Source of the DNA: Massalongia carnosa
Taxonomy: Eukaryota
Direction: 5' to 3'
Assembly (NCBI GenBank): GCA_965645245.1
Contig: OZ287067.1
Span: 2,294,001-2,358,000 of the forward strand
DNA length: 64,000 nt
This document shows positions 13,036 through 24,038 of the stretch, piece by piece. Each line of letters begins with the position of its first letter. Within the stretch, counting starts at the first letter, position 1. The position numbers and the translations under genes are program-made. Below the pieces are notes generated by a model. It had not been told where the DNA came from, did no database searches, and was given only the letters and a program-made list of their open reading frames with translations.

Positions 13036-13369
13036 CATTTATACAACCAGCATTTGCATGAAAAACCGTACCTTAAAGGCAATTCACAATCATAAACACA
13101 GCTTCCACCATCAGGAACAATTGAAAGGATTCGTTCAGCTAATGATTTGGCGGCATCGAGTTCTCTTGAAACGAGGCCAATGGCATGATGCGTAATTTTC
13201 CCAATGAGTAGCGTAAAAGCATTTCTATCTATCAATCTAGGATTGCGTATTCGCTGTTGATTGCACAAAATCTCCTGATCTAATTTTTTTTTCCACACCT
13301 CATCACATATTTTCTGCACCGATTGTCTTATAGAAGTGTTTCTATTGGTCACATTTTTAACCAATGAAC

Positions 13370-13514
13370 GCAGACCTTCTGAACGCTGTGTGCGCCTAAA
13401 TTAAGGAGTTTAGTAGTATATGCATGCACGAATTGAATGCAGACCTTCTGAACGCTGTGTGCTGTGTGCGCCTAAATTAAGGAGTTTAATAGTATATGCA
13501 TGCACGAATTGAAT
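13370..13514. repeat. Tandem ~70-bp duplication inside the MULE transposase
   Basis: GCAGACCTTCTGAACGCTGTGTGC...GCACGAATTGAAT occurs at 13370-13438 and 13439-13514; the first copy lacks 7 nt. Confidence 0.9.
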
Positions 13515-15102
13515 TTCTTGACGTTGATAGAAATTCATGAGATAATCCTGCGAAAGAGGTAGCGTTAGCAGTAGCCCTAACTCGCTTGAAATTTAATTTG
13601 ATATATCACTACTAACCTTTTCTGCGGGATGAAGTTCATTCAGCAACTTTCTTCGTCTCTCATCCAAGTCATCAATAGTGGGGGATTTTCTATAATCCCA
13701 AATCAGAGTCTCCAGCTTTTTGCGCACTTCTTGGGGATATTTTCCTGCCTTGATCAGTCGTTTTTTTATTGCCTCGGCCGCATGCCACGTGCACAGCTGC
13801 AAAGCGCATCTCTCCTCGCCCGCTTTCATCGTTGATTGATTTAGATTTTTGGCGACCTCTCTTGCAATGGTCAATGCAACATCGAGATCAATTGCCGAAG
13901 CTTTAGCTTTTCTTTGCATGGCTACAGTCAACCCAGCTGCAAAATCCCCGAGAAACACCCCAGGCCCGGGGCAATCATCATGAAAAATCAACTCTTTCAT
14001 ACATTCGAAAATAAAAGTGAAACATTCGGCCGATTCGGAAGTTAATAGCAATAAGCGATGGGAAATGAAAGATCAGTGTTAGTGATTCCAACCAAAACGG
14101 ATAAAGGCAAGTTTAATTTATTAGTATTGAACGTTGCATCCGTTTCTAATAAAACCCCACCTACGAAACGTCGAGCCAGCCTAATTTGCTCCGCATTGCA
14201 AAAAAAAAGAAAGTTCTATCACCCGTCTCTCACGCACATTATTCTTAACAATATATTTTTCCTTACACCGTACATAAAAGCCCCTATCTTTCAACGAGCC
14301 CAAGGCAAAAAGAAGCTCTTCTTCAGGCGTGTGAGCTCCCTCCGAATGAGTGAGATTATAATAATCGCTCCTCGACAGACGGAGTCCTTGGATTCCTAAT
14401 ATTCTCGCTGCTTGACCATATTGGGTTGACGATGCACGGAGACTCTTCCCTTGATCTAGGGCATCTGTTCGATCAAGGTCCCTACTATGATGTTCTCTGA
14501 ATACAAAGGGATCAGTGGCCATCTCATGATTGTGCTCAGAGTTAGTAACTATTAGTCTCCATGCATTGTCTTTGTTTTTTTGAGACGGAGGCGATAAGGG
14601 CACTCATTGAACGAAACTTTGGTATTGGCTCGCACCCGGTCTTCCTCCTCTACTTTTCTAGTGTTTCTAACTCTTTTGTGGTGGCGTGTGCAGTCTAATA
14701 CGATTAAATGGTTTTTCTTATCGTGAGTTTCCGTGACCAAGGCGAAGCCTTGTGTGAAGGCATAATCTTGAAGACGAGTCTTTGCCTCCTTCCAAGACGA
14801 AAATAACTCATTCTCTTGCGGAGGGAGGAGGTGAGGTGGGGGTAGAAGGGCAATGGCATGTTGCTTCCGTGCATCCAAAGAAGTGAGATCGAACTCCATC
14901 GAGTAGGGAGAGAAATGACGTGTACTCATTATATTTCGAAATAAGATCTTTACCCACACATGATAGTTGTACAACTCTACTTTTACGATGCAGGTCATCT
15001 TGATGCATACATAGAGCCGCCTATCAGCCTTATATTTAGTGCTGTGCTTATAATTTATTGCCGGAGGGATAAATCGAAGTCATCTCTTGTCAGAAACTCG
15101 TT

Positions 15103-18100
15103 TCAACTGTGTAACCATGATTTCAAAGTATTAACAACCGCAAGTGTGTGAGGATGGCTGGCCCCGATCTTTTGGGTACGTAGATTAACAACACTTTCCA
15201 TTAATTCAATAGCTTCATCGTGACGGCCCTCAAGCTTATAGGTGTATGCCAGGTTGGCCATGCTGGTCAGCGTGTCTGGATGCTCCTCTCCCAGCACCCT
15301 CGTGCTCGTCCTCATCACTTGCACGTCCAGCTCCTCGGCCTCTTTCCATCGTCCTTGATTCCAAAATGTCGACGCCAGGTTGGCCATGCTGGTCAGCGTG
15401 GAAGGATGCTCCTCTCCCAGCACCCTCGTGCTCGTCCTCATCACTTGCACCTCCAGCTCCTCGGCCTCTTTCCATCGTCCTTGATTCCAAAATGTCGATG
15501 CCAGGTTGGCCATGCTGGTCAGCGTGTCTGGATGCTCCTCTCCCAGCACCCTCGTGCTCGTTCTCATCACTTGCACCTCCAGCTCTTCGGCCTCTTTCCA
15601 TCGTCCTTGATTCCTGTATGTCGATGCCAGGTTGGCCATGCTGGTCAGCGTGTCTGGATGCTCCTCTCCCAGCACCCTCGTCCTCGTCCTCATCACTTGC
15701 ACGTCCAGCTCCTCGGCCTCTTTCCATCGTCCTTGATTCCTGTATGTCGATGCCAGGTTGGCCATGCTGGTCAGCGTGGAAGGATGCTCCTCTCCCAGCA
15801 CCCTCGTCCTCGTCCTCATCACTTGCACGTCCAGCTCCTCGGCCTCTTTCCATCGTCCTTGATTCCTGTATGTCGATGCCAGGTTGGCCATGCTGGTCAG
15901 CGTGTCTGGATGCTCCTCTCCCAGTACCCTCGTCCTCGTCCTTATCACTTGCACGTCCAGCTCCTCGGCCTCTTTCCATCGTCCTTGATTCCAAAATGTC
16001 GATGCCAGGTTGGCCATGCTGGTCAGCGTGGAAGGATGCTCCTCTCCCAGCACCCTCGTGCTCGTCCTCATCACTTGCACGTCCAGCTCCTCGGCCTCTT
16101 TCCATCGTCCTTGATTCCTGTATGTCGATGCCAGGTTGGCCATGCTGGTCAGCGTGGAAGGATGCTCCTCTCCCAGCACCCTCGTGCTCGTCCTCATCAC
16201 TTGCACGTCCAGCTCCTCGGCCTCTTTCCATCGTCCTTGATTCCTGTATGTCGATGCCAGGTTGGCCATGCTGGTCAGCGTGGAAGGATGCTCCTCTCCC
16301 AGCACCCTCGTGCTCGTTCTCATCACTTGCACCTCCAGCTCTTCGGCCTCTTTCCATCGTCCTTGATTCCTGTATGTCGATGCCAGGTTGGCCATGCTGG
16401 TCAGCGTGGAAGGATGCTCCTCTCCCAGCACCCTCGTCCTCGTCCTCATCACTTGCACCTCCAGCTCCTCGGCCTCTTTCCATCGTCCTTGATTCCTAAA
16501 TGTCGATGCTAGTAAGCCAAGACTGTTAAGTGTGTCTCTATTTTCTATATCCAGTAATTCTTTCCTAATCTTTATAGCTTCTTGAATCCTAATCTCTGCT
16601 ATTGCATATTTGCCTTGAGCCAAAGCATACCACGCGCTATTATGAAGAATTCCTGCTTGTTGGAGTCGGCAATGCTGAGAAAGGTACTTGTACTTCAGAA
16701 TAATCTCTGCATGTGGTCCAAGAGCTTCACAAATCTTCCAATTGCTATGTTCTCCATTTGGAAACTGGTCTGCCAGTAAACTGAGCACCCCCTCCTTTTG
16801 TTTTTCCATCTGCTCATGCATTTCGAGCCACTTTCTAGTCGCAAGCTGTACAAGCCGATGCATCTCAAAACTATTCTTTTCTTTTTCCTCGACTATAAGT
16901 GAGAATTCAATCAGCGTTCCAATCGAATCTTCGAAGTCTATCGACGACCCGCTGTTGCTTTGATAAAAGAGAAATCCCGGAATGCCTTGTCGATCAAGCA
17001 AGCACATACAAGACAGAAGATCAGCTGCCGCTGTATTCTGATCTTTGATCTGATCAAATGAAATCTGCCATGTTGTCACAACAGAATTAGGAACGTCGGG
17101 ATCCCTTCGTAGATCTCCACCATCTTTGCTCAAGAGAGATATTTGATTGGATTCATTATGGCGGAAAAGTTCTAGATAACCAGAGATTGTCATTCTTGGA
17201 GCCTTGATAGCAATGTAAGCGGACGCTTGAGTAATAGCGAGCGGTATATATTCAAGAACTTTAATCAACTCGCTCTTATCTCTTTGATTGGATTGATCAT
17301 TGGGTAATTTCTTTGCAAGTAACGTATTGGTATCTTCTTCTCCCATTGCACTAATTCTAAAGACACGATTATCTTTGCCTGCAAGACGAATTGCTGTATT
17401 TTTATCTCTTGATGTTATTAAGATCAAGCTCTTTGCGTTTGAAGACAGATAACATGACAAAGATGATATCTCTCCACCTTCTCGAGGCACCTGAGCGGTA
17501 CTTGGATTAAAAAAAATGCTTGTATCGTCGGCATTATCGAGAATCATCAACCAGTCTCTGCTATCATCAGACCCCAGCCACCGGGAGACTAAACCTAATA
17601 TATCGATTTTGGGATCCTCAACTCCTGATAACTTGGCTGTAATTGCAATCTCACGATAACTTTGTTCAAAACGAGCAGCATTACTAGCGTGCACCCATAA
17701 CAGCGAAACTGAAGGAGTACTCAGCCTCAGTCGATATGCATACTCAATCGCGATTTGCGACTTCCTACTCGAGATTAGAGAATCGCAGAATATTCGAGGT
17801 CAATTATTTCATACCCAATACCACCCAAGCCAACTAGAGCTACTCGACGGGTAGATCGCGATTTCGAAAAGCTCTCATCAATCATTTTGATTATATCTTC
17901 ACGTCCAACAAAGTCTTCATCTCGTTCGAACGGCATCACCGTTGTGACTCGTATCTTCACCGATCCTTGACGCTTGAAGTCAGTCATATCAGATAACAGG
18001 GACTTTGCGGGTCATCGCTTGTACCGTCATAATTTCGACGAACCGTTGAGGAGGCATCCATGGTCATTCCTTCAATTACCTTACGAACATTTTGAAAATT

Positions 18101-19113
18101 GGGATCATCGTTTCCAGAGAACTTGTTTAGTCCTGAATGATCGGTAAACAGATACATCATGTCCTTTCCCTCTTGTATTGCTGAACGCTGCTTCACCATC
18201 TAAATTCTCATGTGAGCTAATTCGACGCTCAGATAATATACCTACCTCGATTCTTGCACGCCCATCCATATACTCATTCTGCAATTTCTCGTAAAAACAC
18301 ATTATGCGTAGATCCTTGTATCCGACTGCAAAGTCAAGTGATAATTCATACAGATCTTTATCGCTTGGCTCAAGGACTCCACCAGAGACGGATCGTTCCT
18401 CTTCAGCTTGGCAATAAATGCTGCGTAGTCTGCAATTTCAGTCCCTCCATGAGGTGTCCCCAGAAATATGATACCCGCAGTTGACCGTTTGATATCCTCA
18501 TAATTAGGTCGATTACTCGCGAGCACCAGTGCCTAGCCTCCAAGTCAGAATTATGATACATGATATTTTGACTGTGTGAATACAAGCCTGCTTGATCACC
18601 AATCCACCCATACTATGACCAATGAAAACGATCGGTCGACGAGTAGCCTAAAGACAATAAGCGAGATTGAAATGTATTCACAGAGCATGTTTAATAAGAC
18701 GAACATTAATTTTTTTTCTATCATGCTGTAACGCGCCGAGCAGTTGTTCTCCCAATTCTCGAAGACTTGTTTTGACACCCCTTCGATAGGTGTACCAGTC
18801 TGACAAATAGCTAAACGTAGCAATCCGTGCATTGGGTACACAGTTCGGAAGCAAATCTCTCAGCCACATTACTTGCTTAACCTCTTGATCTTCTATCAAT
18901 ACTTTCTTGACCCAAGTAAAGTATGGACTCGCGCCGAGCCCTTGCACGGCAATGATACTGACCAGTGATCAGCATTAAAGTCAGAATCAGGAGGCCTTGA
19001 TATGTTTACTCGATAGCCTCGTCTGTAGTAGCCTTGCTGTCTTCCCGCCCCGCAAATTCGGAATGCCATACGTAAAGGCCCATGATTGCATCGTCTGACG
19101 GCCGAGAGGTCAT
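15103..19113 (-). CDS. Fungal NLR-like protein: SesB-like alpha/beta-hydrolase + NB-ARC + TPR repeats, multi-exon, apparent 1-nt frameshift near 18370
   Basis: Spliced reading gives DIIAVQGLG, MWLRDLLP, RPIVFIGHSMGGLVIKQAL, GIIFLGTPHGG, then PFERDEDFVGRE, P-loop GLGGIG|KSQIAIEYAY, Walker B WLMILDNADD, IPLAITQA, MHRLVQ and 42-aa TPRs. Start ATG at 19113 inferred. Confidence 0.88.
15248..16510 (-). repeat. Ten near-identical 126-bp tandem units encoding 42-aa TPRs
   Basis: Unit LAST(YR/FW)NQGRWKEAEEL(E/D)VQVMRT(R/S)TRVLGEEHP(S/D)TLTSMAN counted 10 times. Confidence 0.97.
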
Positions 19114-19496
19114 CTTTGCAACATACCTCAACACCTGACGTGGAAGTATAGTCGTCAGATGGAGTATAACTGAAGAGTAGCAGTGCGAGGAGGATGTAGC
19201 CTTGTGCAAATACGGTTACAGACTTGTCTCATTGAAAGGGTCGGATCATATAAAGCTAAGCTTCTTTGCCGCTTAGTGGATAGATACTCGATGCACCTAC
19301 TAATAAATAAAGCCCGTCACGTGAAGTCAAAAGAAGTTCCACATCATAGAACTGTGATAATTAAATCACTAAATTTATACATTGTAAAATTGAGCTTTAT
19401 AGAATTGTTCTTTTAACATCAAGCAGTTTGTATAAAGGTTTTGAAGCAGTAATATTGAAGTGTTATTTTTTGAAAAATCTCTAAAACCTTTGGACA

Positions 19497-19945
19497 TTTG
19501 ACGGTCTCGCTTGGTTTTGTTAAAGGAAAGTACGGCATCTGCCGGCGCACTAACCGCTTCCGTTACTCAACCCTTTTAGCGGTGGATTGGACGGACATAG
19601 GGACCGAAAGCTCCGGGACGCTAAACCTTATTTCCATCTACGGAAACCGTAAGCAATCATAAGGGCAATCAACGGAGGACTGAAAGGACTGAAAGGGACG
19701 CATCGGAACGACAATCTAAGCAAACACAAATAGATGAAAGGAACAAAGGGCAGAAAGACTGTTTGGACAAACTGATCACTTATTGATAGAGACACAAGCA
19801 GCTGGATCGGGCCAAGCGATTATCTATATAGACTCCTAAAGAGGGCACCTTTTTGCTTGTTTCCTTTCTGCATCTTTGATATTTTCTAGTGCATAGCTTC
19901 CCAGTAGATAGTTAGTCAATTCCACATCCTGGTAGAACCATCACA
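19497..19945. mobile_element. Possible solo LTR (~450 bp)
   Basis: Begins TTTGACGG and ends CCATCACA (degenerate TGTGACGG terminal inverted repeat) with an internal TATATA box. A diverged inverted copy of its last ~40 bp lies at 20059-20097. No TSD found. Confidence 0.4.
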
Positions 19946-20110
19946 GGTTTGAAGTGAAACTTTTTTGGCCCCGCGTGCCCGTATTCTAAGCAACAGGTAT
20001 GTTATGCCCTTAGCGGTTAATACATCAAGATTTAGTACGCGTATGAAGATACATGACATGTGACGGCTCAACCAGGATGTAAATTGACTCTATCTACGAA
20101 GTATTACCTT

Positions 20111-20678
20111 GTACAATAGGTTTAGGAGAAAACTTAGTTATGAAGAGAATCGAAAACGCGCCTATCGTCTCCGACGATGATGACGAGGTGCAGTATATAA
20201 GCACTCAGCCCATTCTCGGTCGTTCTATGGGTCCTATGCTTCCTTCGGATGACGATAATGATGTTATTCTTACATCAGAAGCCTCGTCGGATTCGCTCGA
20301 AGATATTGACGATGTGCTTGCCAAGCATAGTCAAAAAGCCCTACCTCAGGCAGCGCCGCCTCCATCTCTTTATAGTCTTAGCCAAAACGTGCGCGCCAGT
20401 CAAATTCTTCCCACTTCCTCTGCAACAACGCGAAGGTCTCGGGGTGTGGCGAAGAAATTAAAGGCTCAGTTGGAGTTGGAATCTCAGCAAAGAGTCGAGA
20501 AATCAGTCAAACAGGCTAGGGCTCAAGCGAGAAAGGAAACGGCGATGAGAAAGGTGGCTAAAACCATGAAGCCTAGAAAAGATGATGTATCGCAATTGGC
20601 TGACGAGTTTTTGGAGTTGAAGTCATCGCAATAGATAGATTTGTAGGTGTTAAATACACTTAGTCAGTAACAGCAACA
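20111..20678 (+). mobile_element. Inverted near-identical duplicate of the MULE last exon and 3' region (9148-9697)
   Basis: ORF 20140..20634 matches ORF 9192..9791 almost residue for residue. The right copy has 6 extra codons (ETAMRK). Confidence 0.92.
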
Positions 20679-20884
20679 CGGGACAATGCCATCTCAGACC
20701 TGAGATGTTTCGAATGAAAAAATCTAATTTACTAGTACTTTTCATTTACTTACTATTTGACTTGCTATTTTTTCATGCGAATCTCAAAATATCTCTGATT
20801 TCTGCTCCGGACCTGCTCCGCTTCGCTCCGCAACGGCCCTGCGTCATTTCCTCCTTGACATTCGTCAAAGCATCTGTCAAAGCA

Positions 20885-21465
20885 TCTTTCAAATAGTCTC
20901 TCAAATAGCCCCCGCTGATTTTTGTAAGACTTCACATCTAACCCCTAAATAGTCTTTCAAATAATCTTCGCTGCTTTTCAAATAGTCTCTCAGATAGCCT
21001 CTCAAAAATCTCCCAAAAAGTCTTTCAAATAGCCTCCCAAATAGCCTTTCAATTATCTCTCAAGTATCTCTCAAATATCTCCCAAATAGCCTTCCAAATA
21101 TCCCCCCAAATAGCTATCAAATAACCTCTCAAATAGTCTCCGCTGCTTTTCAGATAGCCTCTCAAATAGTCTTTCAAATAGTCTCGCATAAAGCCTCTCA
21201 AATAATTTTCACCGCTTTCAAATAGTCTCTCAAATAGTCTTTCAAATAGCCTTCCAGATATTCTGCGTTGCTTTCCAAATAACTCTTCAAATAGTCTTCC
21301 AGATAGCTATCAAATAATCTCCCAAATAGTCTCTCAAATAACTTTCCAATTAGCCTCTCAAATAGTCTCTCAGATAATCTCCGCTGCTTTTCAAATAGCC
21401 TTTCAAATAGTCTCTCAAATAGTTTTCCAAATAGCTATCAGACAGTCTCTTGAATAGCCTCAATA
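20885..21465. repeat. Degenerate ~12-bp minisatellite (consensus near AAATAGTCTCTC) with interspersed CCGCTGCTTTTC units
   Basis: Dozens of variants of AAATAG(T/C)CT(C/T)TC visible in tandem. Confidence 0.85.
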
Positions 21466-21892
21466 TCGATCTCTCCCGTTATCAATTTTCTTTTTCCGCC
21501 GCTTTTCGCATAGCTTCTCTAGCTTTTTGATCTCGTGCATCTTGAATTCGTTCATTTTCTCGAAGCTGTCGATAATGAGGCACTCTAAAAGCGTAAAAAT
21601 AATCGACTCCGTTTTCTCCCTTTCAACCCGATTTTTCTATTACATGTCGTTTGACGTGATTATAAGCTCGTCCGTCTCGAGTCTTATCTATATCATCGGC
21701 AATTTTTTTCGTCAAAATATCTTCCATTAACATTCCTGTATTGAGTTCACGTTGATATTCGGCAAGCGTTTCTCGTGCGAGCGATAAATATTTTATTTTT
21801 GCATTCTGTTGAATAGGTCTATGACTATGGCTATATGACTATGTAAAGATAGGGGCCTGTATGACCATGATGTTAAGGATGCAGAGTTGCTA

Positions 21893-23829
21893 ATCGTGCC
21901 AAAACACTAAACCCCAACCGAGTCAGGGTCTAGTGCCCGACGGTCTACTGACGCATACAGTCTACTGACGCACTTTTCCCATTTTCACTACCATTTCTGC
22001 TACAAATCGAGGACAACAACGGTTATGCAGAAACTGATTGATTATGACGCTGGTAAAATAGCTTCGCTTGTCTGGGTATCGATCTGGCGATTCTTTTATA
22101 CCTTTTGTCCAGGGCAATCTGCTTCTTTTCAGCAGCTAGTGTGGCACGTTCATAGGCCAGTCTGGTCTTTTCCACCTCGTTCTGACAACGTTTCGAGGTT
22201 TTGGCCCGTACATCTCCTACAGTTATGACCCCTCCCTTCTGGGCGACCTTACCATCCAATTTTCTACGGGCCGCCTTCGCGATGGACTGTTGTTGACTGG
22301 CTCGAAGGTCCCGCTTAATAATCTGACGTGCATGCGCATTGGAAATAGAGCCCTTCACAAATCGATTCACATGACAATCCCATTCATTGTCCAGCACGTT
22401 GTATTTCTTCAAACTCATTCGAAGGTGTAAGCCATATTCAACCACCTCTTTAGTCGTACGGGGCGTTCTGGCGAGCAGAGGGGCTGACAAAGGTGGGGGC
22501 GGGGTAGCAGGTCTCCGAGTTTGAATTTCCTCCAGCTTTCGAATTACCACATTGGGGTTATAAGGCACCAGACCCGTGTTTCTGAATGACGATAATATGG
22601 TAGATGAGGTGAATGTTTGATTTCGCATGCGCTGAAAAATGGACAAAAAATCCAGTTTGTCGAAATCTGCCCCTCCGAGTCGCACCATCTCGTCAATGCC
22701 TTCGGAATGATAATGTTTGAACGGCTGAAAACATCCTACATCCAATGGCTGAGTGAGATGTGTTGAATGAGGAGGCAAACGAAACAATTCAATGTGATTT
22801 CGTTTGGCATATGTAAAAAACTCATATGTCATATGAGATCCATACCCGTCCATGATCAACATACGCCAGGCCCCTACCTGACCCTTTCGACTGTGTTTAT
22901 CGAAATGTTTCAACCAATCAATAGCCAAATCATCATTGGAATAGCCGGTAGGACTAGTAGTCAACAAAACATCGTCATTCAGATCGTTTTGTTGTGTCCA
23001 CTTTTCGAGAATCAAAACCCCCGCTATAATCACCATGGGGGGAATGTTTCGCCCCCCAGCACTAATACACTCACACGAGGTGACATATTCTCTATTATCT
23101 GGATCTGTCAATAGCAAGGGCTTTCTGGAGTGAGTTGATATAACCCAATGAGCCCTGTCACAGCCAATTCGAAAGCCCATTTCATCCATGTTCCAAACGT
23201 CCTCGTCCGCTATTCCCCGCGTCTTTCGCGCAGTTCGATATACTTCAAAATACTCGAGCCTGTCCTTTGCATTGTGCGCGTGTTTTCGCTCAGCGGCCAG
23301 AGGTTTGTGTTTTCGCTTGAAAAATTGAGGATGACGATTGAGGAAACGTTTGGTCCAGGCCTCGCTGACGTGAGGGGGGGGGGGTGGAGGCGTCTAAATG
23401 AGCTTCTCTTAGTAGATAATTAGTAGCCCCCCGAACCATTGAAAACCTGGCTGATTGTTCGGCTTGATCGAGCATCACAATATATTCACAAAGGGCCAAT
23501 TCTTGTTCATCAGATAAGGCCTTGTTGGGGCCAGATCGACCGATGCGCGAACCCCCTCCAGCAAGTCGTCTTTGAAGCGTACGAATGTCGACATCGAAAT
23601 CAAATGGCTACTGCGCGTATACTTCGAAATTCACCCGTGTTCCACGCGTTTATAGCATCGACAATTTGATCCTCCTTATTAGAATATGAGTTAGGCATGG
23701 TGGTGGTAGATGAACGACGTGGTGAAAATGGTAGTGAAAATGGGAAAAGTGCGTCAGTAGACTGTATGCGTCAGTAGACCGTCGGGCACTAGACCCTGAC
23801 TCGGTTGGGGTTTAGTGTTTTGGCACGAT
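21893..23829 (-). mobile_element. pogo/Fot1-like (Tc1-mariner superfamily, DDE_1) DNA transposon A
   Basis: Perfect 104-bp TIRs (21893-21996 and 23726-23829) flanked by TA at 21891-21892 and 23830-23831. Confidence 0.95.
22023..23698 (-). pseudogene. pogo/Fot1 transposase with frameshifted N-terminus
   Basis: NMDEMGFRIG, LIMDGYGSH and STHLTQPLDVGCF motifs in ORF 22023..23189. The N-terminal HTH region from ATG 23698 is split over frames, including at a poly-G run near 23373-23384. Confidence 0.88.
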
Positions 23830-24038
23830 TACGGAGTGCAGAGCAATCTGTTCCTTTTATGTTGGCACGTTGGTCACCTCTGCTAAGCGAGATGATAATA
23901 GTTTATCCGAGCCTCTATGCGATTAGATTAGATCTGATATTATCTAATCTATCGGCTAGGCCACAGCGGGTGTCAAAAGTTTTTACCTAATGAGGGTAGG
24001 ATTTTTAAGCGATAATCCCCTTCCTCCCCTAATCAACC

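Larger units (their letters stand above)
9036..14998 (-). mobile_element. Decayed Mutator-like (MULE) DNA transposon interrupted by LINE copy 2
   Basis: Minus-strand fragments: FAR1-like N-terminus (FSSWKEAKTRLQDYAFTQGFAL), ETDATFNTNKLNLPLS, VFLGDFAAGL, LQLCTWHAAEAI, TQRSEGLH, and LPLRYGFSCKCWLYK|CIIDSVPIPVSLIHPRW, which rejoins across the LINE. Candidate end near 9036 (GGGACAGTC8GACCGTC8). No matching opposite end seen. Several frameshifts. Confidence 0.85.

Noticed and set aside
15220..16512. Three long alternative-frame ORFs (430, 415 and 417 aa) over the TPR array, and a superficial CRISPR-like look
   Set aside because: Shadow ORFs of a 126-bp in-frame tandem repeat; no unique spacers, no cas genes, eukaryotic context.
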